The notes below the pieces were generated by a model that was not told the origin of the DNA, made no database searches, and saw only the letters and a list, made by a program, of their open reading frames with translations. A program made the translations under genes and the position numbers. Below are positions 1-10,038 of a stretch of 64,000 nucleotides of DNA, piece after piece (the stretch's first letter is position 1; the number at the start of each line of letters is the position of its first letter). The stretch spans positions 26,797 through 90,796 of the forward strand of contig JASFEO010000002.1 of NCBI GenBank assembly GCA_050124795.1. Reading direction: 5' to 3'. The stretch is from Candidatus Pacearchaeota archaeon. GTDB taxonomy: Archaea > Nanobdellota > Nanobdellia > Pacearchaeales > GW2011-AR1.

Positions 1-2
1 TT

Positions 3-191
3 TTGAAAAACTTTTTTGGAGAATCTTCAGAACCTTTAAGGACAATCCAGGACTTGCTTAATTATGTTAGTATACGAGAAAAGCATTGCCAGGAGATGCG
101 TAATCATTATTCCCCCAAAGAATATTCTCAGGGAATTAGTATCTGCAGAAATGCAAGAGAGGCTTTGCTTGATATAATTGAATCACAATAA
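3..191 (+). CDS. hypothetical small protein (possibly 5'-partial)
   Basis: ORF begins at window edge; no recognisable motif. Confidence 0.2.
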   Translation: MKNFFGESSEPLRTIQDLLNYVSIREKHCQEMRNHYSPKEYSQGISICRNAREALLDIIESQ

Positions 192-222
192 TTCTTAAAA
201 ACTTGAAATTACTAAATCATTT

Positions 223-522
223 ATGAGTTTCGGAGATTATGGAGATGATTCTGAATTTACAATGACTTGTGAAAAATATCTCGACTCAGTGAAACAAAGA
301 ACAACATGGCTCAGAAAAAAACATGGTGATGAAGTCGCTGATGATTTTTCTAAAAATGAATCAAACCTTCTTGAAAGATATAATGACAAAAAAGATAAAA
401 CTCTCTGGAATATTGCAGGTGAACAAGCAAGAAGAAAATTAACTATCCAAAGAGCAGTCCTTTTGAGTATGTCTTTAGAAGAAAAAGCAGCAAGTAAAAA
501 TAAAGGAGTAAATTCAACATGA
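223..522 (+). CDS. hypothetical small protein, paralog of 782-1069
   Basis: 99 aa; shares YL..KQ..WLR..G.EVA...K.E..L..Y..K.K..W......ARR pattern with ORF 782-1069; ATGA overlap with next ORF. Confidence 0.35.
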   Translation: MSFGDYGDDSEFTMTCEKYLDSVKQRTTWLRKKHGDEVADDFSKNESNLLERYNDKKDKTLWNIAGEQARRKLTIQRAVLLSMSLEEKAASKNKGVNST

Positions 523-785
523 CAATATCAAAAAATTATAATCAGAATAAAAAAAATTTTCCTTGGGTAGAAGAAACTTATGAAGTAGTAGCAGAAGGAG
601 TAGCAGAAGAATTAAGCCTTCTTAGAGAAATAATTTTACAAGAAGATAGATCAGATTCTTTCTGGACAGGAAATCACAAAAAGAGATATGAGGCTCTTTG
701 GGAAGGGATGGTTGAGGAGGTATCAGAAGAATTAAGCCTTCTTAAAAAAATAATCCTTGAAGAAGATTTACCAAAAATAAAATGA
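519..785 (+). CDS. hypothetical small protein with internal duplication
   Basis: 88 aa; two copies of an EE(L/V)SEELSLL(R/K)(E/K)IIL(Q/E)ED segment; ATGA overlaps at both ends. Confidence 0.3.
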   Translation: MTISKNYNQNKKNFPWVEETYEVVAEGVAEELSLLREIILQEDRSDSFWTGNHKKRYEALWEGMVEEVSEELSLLKKIILEEDLPKIK

Positions 786-1069
786 ATTACCTAGATATTG
801 AATATGCCGGAGCAAGCCTGATGCCCTCAAAAGAAGAATATTTAGAAGATTTAAAACAACATGCTAATTGGTTAAGGGGAAATTATGGCGGCGAAGTCGC
901 AGGTAATTTTTACAAAAAGGAATTAAGAAATCTTTCTGAGTATGACTCTAAAGCTAAAAAAGGCTGGAAAGACGCTCTTCATGAACACGCCAGAAGAAAT
1001 ACCCTAGTTCACAGGGAAGTCATCCTTGGAAGGGCATTAGAAGAAAAAAATAAAAACCTAACTTCTTAA
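782..1069 (+). CDS. hypothetical small protein, paralog of 223-522
   Basis: 95 aa; paralogy to ORF 223-522. Confidence 0.35.
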   Translation: MNYLDIEYAGASLMPSKEEYLEDLKQHANWLRGNYGGEVAGNFYKKELRNLSEYDSKAKKGWKDALHEHARRNTLVHREVILGRALEEKNKNLTS

Positions 1070-1113
1070 TTATACAATGCAAAAATAAAAAATTTCTCTA
1101 AATAAATTTTTTA

Positions 1114-1503
1114 TTATTTTTTTCTTAAAGAAATTATTTTAAAACCAAACTTTTCATAAACTCTGTCAGAGCTAATTATTTTGTTATCCTTTACAATTGC
1201 CATTAAAAGTGAATCAAAAATTGTCGCCCCTTTCTCAACATAATCACATGCTCTGAAAAAATCATTCCATGAAAAATTTTCTAGTTTTGAAATTCTTGAA
1301 ATCTGCAAGATTGTTTCTTTCAATGGGATATCTTCTCTTTTGCAAATAATCATAACTTCAGCAATAGTAAAAGGAGAAACCCATATATTGTCTTTTCTTT
1401 CATTATAAACTTTAATTGCTTTTTTCTTAAGCCAGTCAGAATCTTTCATAAGCGCTAAGAAAAAATCAGTGTCTGCGTAATTTCTTTTTTGCATCTTTTT
1501 CAA
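1114..1503 (-). CDS. vapC: PIN-domain toxin VapC
   Basis: 129 aa; N-terminal DTDFFLAL acidic PIN motif; overlaps upstream AbrB-like antitoxin ORF. Confidence 0.55.
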   Translation of the reverse strand: MKKMQKRNYADTDFFLALMKDSDWLKKKAIKVYNERKDNIWVSPFTIAEVMIICKREDIPLKETILQISRISKLENFSWNDFFRACDYVEKGATIFDSLLMAIVKDNKIISSDRVYEKFGFKIISLRKK

Positions 1504-1720
1504 TCTCCTCTCTTGCCTCTTTTTTTAATTTTTGAATTGATTTTTTCATTTTACCTTCCCCAAGTTCTCCTAATGCAAGAATCGGATCTTCCTTTACTGG
1601 TTGCAGACAAATTCCCGAAGAAGTAGCGCTAATAACAATTGTCTTATGCGCAAATTTTCTTCTCAACTTTTCAGGAATGTAAATTCTTCCATGTTTGTCA
1701 AAAGAAACTATTTTTTCCAT
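1466..1720 (-). CDS. vapB: AbrB/SpoVT/MazE-type antitoxin VapB
   Basis: 84 aa; FDKHGRIYIP swapped-hairpin signature; overlaps vapC start. Confidence 0.5.
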   Translation of the reverse strand: MEKIVSFDKHGRIYIPEKLRRKFAHKTIVISATSSGICLQPVKEDPILALGELGEGKMKKSIQKLKKEAREEIEKDAKKKLRRH

Positions 1721-1758
1721 AAATAAATATATTTGCCATTATTTATATATCTTTCCAT

Positions 1759-3702
1759 TCACTTTGCATCAGCATTTTCAAACTCATTCAAAACTCTTAA
1801 GTCAGGAGAGAGAACATAAACATGATCATTCTTGCTTCTGATACCTCGATAAACTTTTTGCCAGATTTCTCTTTTTGCTTTATCCCGATAAAACTCCCAA
1901 TAATGCATTGGATTTGTTTTGTTTAAAATTCTCCAAAAAGCATCCTTGACATTTGGATTTGGATACTTTGTAAAAACAATTGAATTGCATTCACCTCCTG
2001 GAAAATCAATTCCACGTCCTGCGCGAGTTGAAAACAAAACATTTATCTTGCCCATTTTAAATCTCTCAATTAAAACACCTGTCTTATCATCGTTTTGCAA
2101 TTCCCTTAACTTCTCACGCGAAATCAGATTGGCTAAATCGAATTCTTCTCTTTCTTCTTCACTTGGCAAATCAAGATATGCATTAACATGAACCAAGGTA
2201 GGTTTTTTTGAAACTTCAACACAGTTGTCTAAATTTTTCAGATACTCTTCCCTTGTAATTTTGTTATTTTTAAAATTCGCATATTTGCAATCCTTTTCCC
2301 TGCCTGATTTTTTAATCTCAATTCTTCCTTGCGAACCTGTTTCAGCCTCGATAAAATCATAATCTTTCATTCCAAAAATTTTTTCCAAAACTTCACTAGA
2401 ATGAATTGTCCCTGACATTAGAACAATCACTTTATTTTTATTCGCCATTGTTTCAAACTTTTTTGCCAAATTTGTCGTCACTAAATTAACAACTGTGTTC
2501 TCATCTTTTTTATTTGCAATTAAATAAGTCTCATCCAAAAACCCCTCAAAAATTCTCGCAGTCTCCTGCACCTCAAAAACATAACTCTCATCATCAAAAT
2601 CATAAACAAAATTCTTGTTCTTCAAAAACAATCTCAACAAATCATAAATTCCAGTCTCTCTCAAAGAAATTATTTCATCCCTCTCAATTGCACTTTTTAT
2701 TTTTCCATCTTTCTTAATTTGCTTTATAATCGCCAAACACTCTTCAATAATTTCCTGGTTCTCAGGCGACGGATCAAAAAAATACATCAAAGAATTTTGC
2801 AGTCTCTCTAAATTTATACTTCGCTGATTTGAAAAACTATCCAAGAACTCATCACACTCATCAATAATTTCAACCTCTGTCAACGGCTTTCTGTCAAGTG
2901 CAGATTCCAACTTATATTTCATTGAATTAAAAACAATCACATCAGAGTCAACGTAAGAATTAAACTGATTGTAAAATCCACATCCGGATTTTCTTTCATA
3001 ATAAACAAATTTTTCATTATTTATTCCTGAATATTTTTTCTTTATAGCGTTGATAAAACTTCTTCCTCCAAATTCATATCTCTCACTTAAAACAGGACAC
3101 CAATAAGGACACGATGCTGCAACACTCGCGCGCTTAACATCTTTAATATCTGAAAAATTTTTCACATCAACATCTTTGTTTTTTTTCAAATACTCTTTTA
3201 TCTTGTTCCAGTTTTTCTCTCTTATCTCAATCTTGCACGGCAAATTAAAATTATCTGCTGACAAGTCTTTTTCTTTTTTAGGTTTCTTAACTCCTGAAAA
3301 AATATCATGCAGCTTTGAATTAACTTCTCTCTTAAAATTAAACTCCTCCTCCTTTTGGTTTTCTTCTAAAAATTTGCACTTGTGATTTTTCCGGCCAGTC
3401 ATAACTCCGATTCTTAATTTCTCATTTTTTGAATTTTTAATTTGCATATTATTGCAATAATCTTTTTCATACTGCGCCTGCAAATTTTTTATTGGCACAA
3501 CAATTGAAGTCTTGCCAAGTTCCTTTGCAATGTTCAGGGCAATCGCAGATTTTCCTGTTCCGCAAATCCCCTTAACAAAAATAATTTTATTTCCTTTTTT
3601 TATCGAGGACAAAACTTCTTCTGCAACATCTTTTTGAGTCTTTCCATTTGAAAATTTTAATGGCTCTAAAAACTTTCCCTCTTTATACAAACTCCATTTC
3701 AT
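1759..3702 (-). CDS. SF2 DNA helicase, XPD/Rad3/DinG-like
   Basis: 647 aa; Walker A GICGTGKS; SGT motif III; VLFSTRAGRGIDFPG motif VI; four Cys (CKF, CKI, CPYWCP) where XPD has its FeS domain. Confidence 0.55.
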   Translation of the reverse strand: MKWSLYKEGKFLEPLKFSNGKTQKDVAEEVLSSIKKGNKIIFVKGICGTGKSAIALNIAKELGKTSIVVPIKNLQAQYEKDYCNNMQIKNSKNEKLRIGVMTGRKNHKCKFLEENQKEEEFNFKREVNSKLHDIFSGVKKPKKEKDLSADNFNLPCKIEIREKNWNKIKEYLKKNKDVDVKNFSDIKDVKRASVAASCPYWCPVLSERYEFGGRSFINAIKKKYSGINNEKFVYYERKSGCGFYNQFNSYVDSDVIVFNSMKYKLESALDRKPLTEVEIIDECDEFLDSFSNQRSINLERLQNSLMYFFDPSPENQEIIEECLAIIKQIKKDGKIKSAIERDEIISLRETGIYDLLRLFLKNKNFVYDFDDESYVFEVQETARIFEGFLDETYLIANKKDENTVVNLVTTNLAKKFETMANKNKVIVLMSGTIHSSEVLEKIFGMKDYDFIEAETGSQGRIEIKKSGREKDCKYANFKNNKITREEYLKNLDNCVEVSKKPTLVHVNAYLDLPSEEEREEFDLANLISREKLRELQNDDKTGVLIERFKMGKINVLFSTRAGRGIDFPGGECNSIVFTKYPNPNVKDAFWRILNKTNPMHYWEFYRDKAKREIWQKVYRGIRSKNDHVYVLSPDLRVLNEFENADAK

Positions 3703-3746
3703 TGCATTTCAAAAAATAGATGTGTTATAAAATTTTAGGTTGTAGA

Positions 3747-4019
3747 TTATCGAACATAAGAATCAATTCCTTTGCTAATAATCTTTTTTACCCCATGGAG
3801 CAATATTAATAGACTTCTTCTCTCTTGATTTTCTTCTCTTTCAATTATCTTTGGCAAGTCTTTAACAAAGGACGAATAGCTTGGGCCCCAAATTCCCATT
3901 TTTTCAGATAAGCCATCTTCTTTTTTTCTTAATTTATCATAATGCTTTTTCCAAATTTCTCTTGCTCCCCCAAACTTTGAATTCATCCCAAGACTATAAG
4001 CAGCTCTTTCATTAATCAT
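3747..4019 (-). CDS. hypothetical protein
   Basis: 90 aa ORF, no motif. Confidence 0.25.
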   Translation of the reverse strand: MINERAAYSLGMNSKFGGAREIWKKHYDKLRKKEDGLSEKMGIWGPSYSSFVKDLPKIIEREENQERRSLLILLHGVKKIISKGIDSYVR

Positions 4020-4270
4020 TCTTTATTAATTTCTTCTTCCTTTAAATAAATTTATATTCTATTTCAACCTATAAAACCAAAGCCCCCCAAAAGTAATCCC
4101 AATTCCAAGAAAATAAACCCACAAGTCTGAATTCATGGGAGTAAATAAAATCCCAAGTAAAAACAATCCTGCCAATGATTTTAGAAAATTTGTTTTATCC
4201 ATTTTAAAATATTTTAATTTATCCTGTTCAAACTAAAAAAGCTCAAGACCTAGTGCACATTAAAAATTAT

Positions 4271-4591
4271 TTAACCAAATAGCGCACTAAGTCCTTCTGC
4301 TGCAGCTTCTTTCTTTTCTTCCTTTGGCTTTTCTTCTTTCTTCTCTTCTGCAGGTGCTGCGCTTCCTGCGCTTCCTGCTGAAGCACTTGAAACCAAACTT
4401 GCAGACGCTAGTTCAGCGTCGATGTCAACACCCTTCAAACTCGCAACCAAACTCTTAATCTGGTCTTCATTAGGCGTCGCACCAGTTGCTGCAACAACAC
4501 TTTTCAAATTCTCTTCACTAACTTCCTTTCCTGCTTTGTGCAGTAAAAGTGCTGCATATACATTTTCCATTTTATTTATCCTCTCCAACAT
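4271..4591 (-). CDS. rpl12: 50S ribosomal stalk protein P1 (L12)
   Basis: 106 aa; Ala/Ser/Glu-rich acidic hinge and C-terminal [16 protein letters not shown] tail. Confidence 0.85.
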   Translation of the reverse strand: MLERINKMENVYAALLLHKAGKEVSEENLKSVVAATGATPNEDQIKSLVASLKGVDIDAELASASLVSSASAGSAGSAAPAEEKKEEKPKEEKKEAAAEGLSALFG

Positions 4592-4913
4592 TTAATTGTT
4601 GAGCATAATTATCATTTAATTTTTTTCTTGATTCACTTAGGTTTTTATATCTTCTTTTTTCTTTTCCTATTAATAATTCTAAATTTCCTCCAAGCCTACT
4701 TTTTATTCCTTCATCTTCTGGATTTATTTCTTTAAGCGCATCAATCCATTTTTGATAAAGATTCAATCTTATCCGGCTTTTAATCATTTCATAACAAATA
4801 GATGGTTTTTTTAAAAATTCTTCCGGAACAGTTTCTTCTGCTAAATTACTCATATTTTCTTCCTCCAATATTTGTTTCTTGAGCATAATCTTCTGAATCA
4901 TATCCTCCTCCAA
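4572..4913 (-). CDS. hypothetical small protein inserted between P0 and P1 genes (paralog of 4846-5061)
   Basis: C-terminus [12 protein letters not shown] parallels [14 protein letters not shown] of neighbouring ORF; nucleotide motif cctccaa.attt..ttgttgagcataat repeated at both 3' ends. Confidence 0.3.
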   Translation of the reverse strand: MEEDMIQKIMLKKQILEEENMSNLAEETVPEEFLKKPSICYEMIKSRIRLNLYQKWIDALKEINPEDEGIKSRLGGNLELLIGKEKRRYKNLSESRKKLNDNYAQQLNVGEDK

Positions 4914-5061
4914 CTAAATGACCCCAATCCAGATGTTCTTCCTGAATTAATAAAATCCTTTTATGCAATCCTCTAAGTTCTTCTCTTTTGATTTCAATAG
5001 CGTTTTTTGCCATCCCCACAAAGTTAACATCTTCTCTGCTATCATAAACTATCTCTGCCAT
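4846..5061 (-). CDS. hypothetical small protein inserted between P0 and P1 genes
   Basis: ATG at 5061 (MAEIVYDS) one nt after P0 stop; 71 aa; paralog of 4572-4913. Confidence 0.3.
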   Translation of the reverse strand: MAEIVYDSREDVNFVGMAKNAIEIKREELRGLHKRILLIQEEHLDWGHLVGGGYDSEDYAQETNIGGRKYE

Positions 5062-5062
5062 T

Positions 5063-5968
5063 CTACCCAAACAAACTAGCCAAACCCTCGGCAACATCTG
5101 CTTTTGGCTCCTCCTTTTTTTCTTCTTTAGGGCTTTCTTCTTTTGTTTCTTCAACAGCTGTTTCTGCAACTGGCTCAGGCTCTCCTGTCATAATTCTATT
5201 TAGTTTATTTGCATGCGCACTTGCTTTTTGCAATATAAATCCAATTGTGTCTTTTGATAAATAACCAACTGAAACTGCAAAAGGCAAAGCTCTGCCATAA
5301 GCTTCTTTTAAATTTTTCAAAGTTCCTTCCTTGTCAATCTTAATTTCTAAATATAACTTGCTGTCCTTAATATCAAATGTGCAAACAGGAATAAAACCAA
5401 TTGAAAACGGCTTGATGTCCAACTTGCTCATAACATCTGCGGCATTCTCTTTAATCTTCTCACCAACTTTTACAATAACTCGCGATTCCCTAATTGTAAG
5501 TTTCCCATTCTCAACCTGAACCTGCAAACCAACTGAACCTAATTCACTAATTGCCGGGCCAGGAACCAAATCAGTCGGACCTGCCTCAACTTCAATATCG
5601 CTTGGCGCAATCTGCCCCACTTTAGCTTTTGCCGGGCTCTTGTTTTCCATCAACTCCCCTGCTAATTCATAACTATCCAAATCAGAAAACAAAACAGCAA
5701 CACTATCCCCAATCTGCTCTTTCAACTTTTTCAATTCCTCATTCTCCGATTCATCAATTGCCCGATAAATTAAACTCTTTTTTGGAACCTTAACAATTGC
5801 TTTTCCACGAAGTTTTTTTGAAATTTCCTGAAACTGACTCCCAGGCAAATTCTTAATCGACGCAATTAAAACAGTTTTTTTATTCTTTATCAAATCAGTT
5901 AATTCTTTCACTGTTTTCAACTTTGCCTTTGGAATTTCTGCAACTGTTTTTTTTGATTTAGTTTTCAT
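5063..5968 (-). CDS. rpl10: 50S ribosomal protein P0 (L10)
   Basis: 301 aa; N-terminal L10 domain, C-terminal EEKKEEPKADVAEGLASLFG stalk tail shared with P1. Confidence 0.85.
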   Translation of the reverse strand: MKTKSKKTVAEIPKAKLKTVKELTDLIKNKKTVLIASIKNLPGSQFQEISKKLRGKAIVKVPKKSLIYRAIDESENEELKKLKEQIGDSVAVLFSDLDSYELAGELMENKSPAKAKVGQIAPSDIEVEAGPTDLVPGPAISELGSVGLQVQVENGKLTIRESRVIVKVGEKIKENAADVMSKLDIKPFSIGFIPVCTFDIKDSKLYLEIKIDKEGTLKNLKEAYGRALPFAVSVGYLSKDTIGFILQKASAHANKLNRIMTGEPEPVAETAVEETKEESPKEEKKEEPKADVAEGLASLFG

Positions 5969-6282
5969 ATTACATCTCCTACAGAAATTTTATTTGAAAA
6001 AATTGCATGTCTTTCATCTAAAAAACGCATTCTATGAAAAGGGGATCTTCCTTCTTTATTAGTTATATTATTTTCCTCAATTGAGAGTAATTCTTTTTCT
6101 ATTGGATAAATCCAAAGATCTTTAGGCAAATTTCCTGCTCCGCTGTCTTCTATAACACATGCAAAAAGATATTGATCCCATCCAGGAATACCATAGTCAT
6201 CTTGACCAACATAGGTAAATCCTTCGGTCCCATTTAATTTCCAAGGATTCCCTTCAATTAATCTTTTTTCTATTTCATCCAT
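5965..6282 (-). CDS. hypothetical protein inserted between L1 and P0 genes
   Basis: 105 aa; overlapping start/stop with flanking ribosomal genes. Confidence 0.35.
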   Translation of the reverse strand: MDEIEKRLIEGNPWKLNGTEGFTYVGQDDYGIPGWDQYLFACVIEDSGAGNLPKDLWIYPIEKELLSIEENNITNKEGRSPFHRMRFLDERHAIFSNKISVGDVI

Positions 6283-6283
6283 T

Positions 6284-6922
6284 TTATCTTACTCCAATCT
6301 TGACTGGCTTAGTCATTGTAAATTTAATTTCAACATTCTTGATATTCTCTTTTTCTCGAGGAAGTTCTGAAACAACCTTGTTAAAGATAGTCATAACATT
6401 ATCAATAATTTCTTCATCTTTCATCTTTTCTTTTCCAACTGCAACTTTTATGCTTGCTTCCTTTGTTCTGATTTTCACACTTTTGTTAATCTTGTCTTTT
6501 AATTCTTCAATTGCTTTGTCATTAACATCCATTAAAATTCCCAATTGAGGAGATGGCATTTTTCCGCTTGGACCCAATGCTCGACCAAAAGTAGTTGCAA
6601 CCTTTGGCATAAGGCGAGCCTCTGCAATAAAAAAATCAAATTTCTTAACAAGATTCTTCAAAACTTTCTTGTCAGAATATTTCTTAAACTCTGAAAAAGT
6701 AATCGTCTCAACATTATCATTCTTTGCCTCAAAAAAACCCGCAATCTTTTTATCCTTAATTTTATTCGGCACACTAACAAATAAATTCAAAGAATTCTTC
6801 TTAACATCAAACTTCTGCAGATTAATAATTAAGTCTACTGTCTGCTCAAACTTTCTTTCTTTATTCTTGCGAAGTTCAGACAACGCTTTCTTTAGTTCTT
6901 CTCTTAGTTCTGCCATTTTCAA
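6284..6922 (-). CDS. rpl1: 50S ribosomal protein L1
   Basis: 212 aa; GRALGPSGKMPSP signature. Confidence 0.85.
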   Translation of the reverse strand: MKMAELREELKKALSELRKNKERKFEQTVDLIINLQKFDVKKNSLNLFVSVPNKIKDKKIAGFFEAKNDNVETITFSEFKKYSDKKVLKNLVKKFDFFIAEARLMPKVATTFGRALGPSGKMPSPQLGILMDVNDKAIEELKDKINKSVKIRTKEASIKVAVGKEKMKDEEIIDNVMTIFNKVVSELPREKENIKNVEIKFTMTKPVKIGVR

Positions 6923-7069
6923 ATTTTGCCTCCCAAATTATGCGCATATGAGCATAGAACTTATCTCACAACGATATGGTTCAATCGGCTTGAATTTCCT
7001 AGATTTTTTGGGTTTATAAAACATTCGTTTTGAAATTTTCTCAAAACACCACATCAATATAAAATAAAT

Positions 7070-7807
7070 TTATTCTAACAAAGAAAATATTTTTTTCTCA
7101 AGATTTTTTCTTACAAATTTTTCACATCTTTGTCTGCTTTCATGCGTTCCAGCATCACTCCAAAAACCATTCACAATGCAAAACCCTGCACTCCCTTCTT
7201 TAATATAAGAATTATTAACATCTGTAATTTCATATTCCCCTCTTTTCGACGGGCGGAGTTTTTTAATCCTCTCAAAAACAGATGAATCATAAAAATACAA
7301 ACCTATGACTGCAAGGTCGGATTTCGGCTCATCAGGTTTTTCTTCAATTGATATTATTTTATTCCCTTTAATCTCTGCCACCCCAAACCTTTCAGGGTCT
7401 TCAACTTTTTTTAAAAACAACATTGCTCCAAGTTTTGATTTTTCAAATTCCTTTGCAGCTTCATAAAAATTTTCATTAAAAATATTATCTCCCAATATTA
7501 CTGCTAATTTACTGTCGCTGACAAATTTTTCAGTTAAGCTCAAGGCCTGCGCAATTCCTCCTGGTTTGGATTGGTAATGATAAGAGAACTCCATTTCTGG
7601 ATGCAGTTTCCCCAAATATCCTGCTATCTCCTTAAAATGCTCACCCCCAGTCACAACACTTATTGAATCAACTCTAAGATTTTTCATTGTATAAAGCGGG
7701 TATTCAATCATTGGGATTTTTCCAACAGAAACAAGATGTTTATTCGTAACCTGAGTCAATGGCCACAATCTCGTTCCTTTTCCTCCTGCTAAAATTATTC
7801 CCTTCAT
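7070..7807 (-). CDS. rfbA: glucose-1-phosphate thymidylyltransferase (RmlA, short form)
   Basis: 245 aa; GIILAGGKGTRLWPLT nucleotidyltransferase motif; adjacent to rmlD/rmlB. Confidence 0.7.
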   Translation of the reverse strand: MKGIILAGGKGTRLWPLTQVTNKHLVSVGKIPMIEYPLYTMKNLRVDSISVVTGGEHFKEIAGYLGKLHPEMEFSYHYQSKPGGIAQALSLTEKFVSDSKLAVILGDNIFNENFYEAAKEFEKSKLGAMLFLKKVEDPERFGVAEIKGNKIISIEEKPDEPKSDLAVIGLYFYDSSVFERIKKLRPSKRGEYEITDVNNSYIKEGSAGFCIVNGFWSDAGTHESRQRCEKFVRKNLEKKIFSLLE

Positions 7808-8601
7808 TTTAAATTTTTATAACACCTTAAAACTTCATCTTTTAATTTTGGCGGAGAATAAAATTTTTTTAATTTAGATAAATCCATGATGTTGTTTATA
7901 AGGTATAAGCCTTCAGATTTGTGCAATTCTTCTTCAGTAATCTCTTTTCCGTCAAGACCAATTAACCTCGCCATTGCAATCACACTTAAATTCTCCTCGC
8001 AAGCCACATTAAATATTCCTGCTTGGTTTTTTTCTAATAGTTTTTTTGTTGAATCTACAATGACATCAAGACTTGAAAAACTGTTTTGTTCTTCGACAAA
8101 TTGTTTAAATTTTGAAAGTTTGCACAGAAGATTATCATCATCATTAAAATCTGAAAAATATAATCTTGGTCTTAATATTAAATCTCTGTTTGGATTGCAC
8201 CCTTGTTCTCCAACCCATTTTGTAAGGGTGTAATTGCAATGAGCTGCAATGAAATCAGTTTCCCTTTGAGCAACACCTTTTTTGTCATACAAACAACCAG
8301 TTGAAATATGGACGAACTTTTTCCCTTTTTCCTGACAAAATTTACTTAATATTTTTGGGATAAAACCATTGCTGTAAAGCACTTCTTCAAAATTTTCCCT
8401 ATTTTCACAATAACGGGTATTGCTTTTTCCCATGCAGTTAATTATGACATCATATTTTGATAATTGTTTTAATGAGTTTTCAGTGTTTGAGAAGTCCATG
8501 TAAAATTCATTTTTTCCAAAGACTTCAAAACCTTTCATTTCAAATTTTTTTCCAAGAAACCCCCTTCCTAAAACTATTCCTTTCATTCTTTCATCCACCA
8601 A
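7804..8601 (-). CDS. rfbD: dTDP-4-dehydrorhamnose reductase (RmlD)
   Basis: 265 aa; N-terminal GxxGxxG (likely start MKGIVLG at about 8586); NYTLTK catalytic YxxxK. Confidence 0.6.
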   Translation of the reverse strand: MVDERMKGIVLGRGFLGKKFEMKGFEVFGKNEFYMDFSNTENSLKQLSKYDVIINCMGKSNTRYCENRENFEEVLYSNGFIPKILSKFCQEKGKKFVHISTGCLYDKKGVAQRETDFIAAHCNYTLTKWVGEQGCNPNRDLILRPRLYFSDFNDDDNLLCKLSKFKQFVEEQNSFSSLDVIVDSTKKLLEKNQAGIFNVACEENLSVIAMARLIGLDGKEITEEELHKSEGLYLINNIMDLSKLKKFYSPPKLKDEVLRCYKNLK

Positions 8602-9581
8602 TTTTTATTTTGTTCATACCATTTGCACAATTCAAATATATCTTCTTCTAAATTTTTATGAGAATTATTAAAACCCATTTTTCTTAGTTTATTATCATTA
8701 ATTGAATATCTAAAATCATGGCCTTTTCTGTGCTGAACTTTTTCAATCATCTCTTCTCTAAAATTAAAATAATCCAACAACAATCGAGTCATTTCAATGT
8801 TTGTTTTTTCATTTTTTCCTGCAATGTTGTAAATTTCTCCGGCATTTCCTTTTTTAGAAATCAGCCATATTGCTCTGCAATTGTCCTCAACATGAAGCCA
8901 GTCTCGGATGTTCAATCCAGGATTTTTATCATTCCACATAAGGGGAACTTTTTTTCCAAGAATTAAATTTGTAATAAACTTCGGAAGAAATTTTTCCCAA
9001 TGCTGATAAGGCCCGTAATTGTTTGAGCTTCTTGTAATAATCACTGGAAGCCCGTGCGTGTAAAAATAGGACAATGCTAAATGTTCTGCCCCGGCTTTTG
9101 AAGCTGAATAAGGGCTCCGCGGTTTCAGTAAATCATTTTCCTTGGAACTCTCAGAATTTTTTTCCAAACTTCCGTAAACTTCATCAGTTGAAATTTGAAC
9201 GAATTTTTCAACATTTTGATTTGCAGCCGCATCCAATAAAACCCCTGTTCCATTGATATTTGTTTTTATAAAAGCTAAAGATTCATTAATGCTATTGTCC
9301 ACATGACTTTCTGCAGCAAAATTAAAGACAAGTTCTGGGCTGTATTCTGAAAACACTTTTTTAACTAATTTCTCGTCGCAGATATCTCCTTTTATACCCG
9401 TATACAATCGGCTCTCTGCAATTCCCATATGTTCAAGATTTTTACTCCTCCCAGCGTAAGTCTCCTTATCTAGATTGATTATTTTTTCAATATCAAATTG
9501 TTCTTTATTTTCAAAAATATATTTTATAAAATTACTTCCAATAAAACCGCAGCCACCAGTCACCAAAATTTTCATAAACAA
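8583..9581 (-). CDS. rfbB: dTDP-glucose 4,6-dehydratase (RmlB)
   Basis: 332 aa; MKILVTGGCGFIGSNF Rossmann start; PYSASKAGAEHL YxxxK. Confidence 0.85.
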   Translation of the reverse strand: MFMKILVTGGCGFIGSNFIKYIFENKEQFDIEKIINLDKETYAGRSKNLEHMGIAESRLYTGIKGDICDEKLVKKVFSEYSPELVFNFAAESHVDNSINESLAFIKTNINGTGVLLDAAANQNVEKFVQISTDEVYGSLEKNSESSKENDLLKPRSPYSASKAGAEHLALSYFYTHGLPVIITRSSNNYGPYQHWEKFLPKFITNLILGKKVPLMWNDKNPGLNIRDWLHVEDNCRAIWLISKKGNAGEIYNIAGKNEKTNIEMTRLLLDYFNFREEMIEKVQHRKGHDFRYSINDNKLRKMGFNNSHKNLEEDIFELCKWYEQNKNWWMKE

Positions 9582-9687
9582 TCTTCTCTAATTTTATTTA
9601 TAATATTTCTGTAGTAATTATCTGGATGAATTCTATTTCTCAAAACACTACAACAATCCTTAAAAAGAATTAATTTTTGTTTTTATA

Positions 9688-10038
9688 ATGGAATTAATAG
9701 CATTACTCTCAACAGGAAAAGGAACATGGGCGCAAGTTGCAGGACTCATGACTCACGGAGACTGGGAAAAAATAATTCTTCTTGGTAGTGACTTTTCAAA
9801 AGATTTCAAGCATGACAAAGAATTTGAATTTATAAAAATTGACTTGGACAAAAAAATAAAAGAATTAAAACAGGAATTTTCTGAAAAACTAAAAGGAAAA
9901 ATTTCTGGTACAGAAGTCGCCTTAACAATTGCATCTGGCGACGGTAAACAGCACATGGCATTAATTTCTTCATTACTAAATATGCCTGTTGGTGTAAGAT
10001 TTGCAGCTTTAACAAAAGAAGGAATAATTGATTTGTAA
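9688..10038 (+). CDS. hypothetical protein, first of co-oriented operon ending in the DGR RT
   Basis: 116 aa; overlaps next ORF. Confidence 0.35.
   Translation: MELIALLSTGKGTWAQVAGLMTHGDWEKIILLGSDFSKDFKHDKEFEFIKIDLDKKIKELKQEFSEKLKGKISGTEVALTIASGDGKQHMALISSLLNMPVGVRFAALTKEGIIDL

Noticed and set aside
2514-3385. Plus-strand ORFs inside the helicase gene (2514-2717, 3176-3385, also 1919-2191)
   Set aside because: Antisense, low-complexity.
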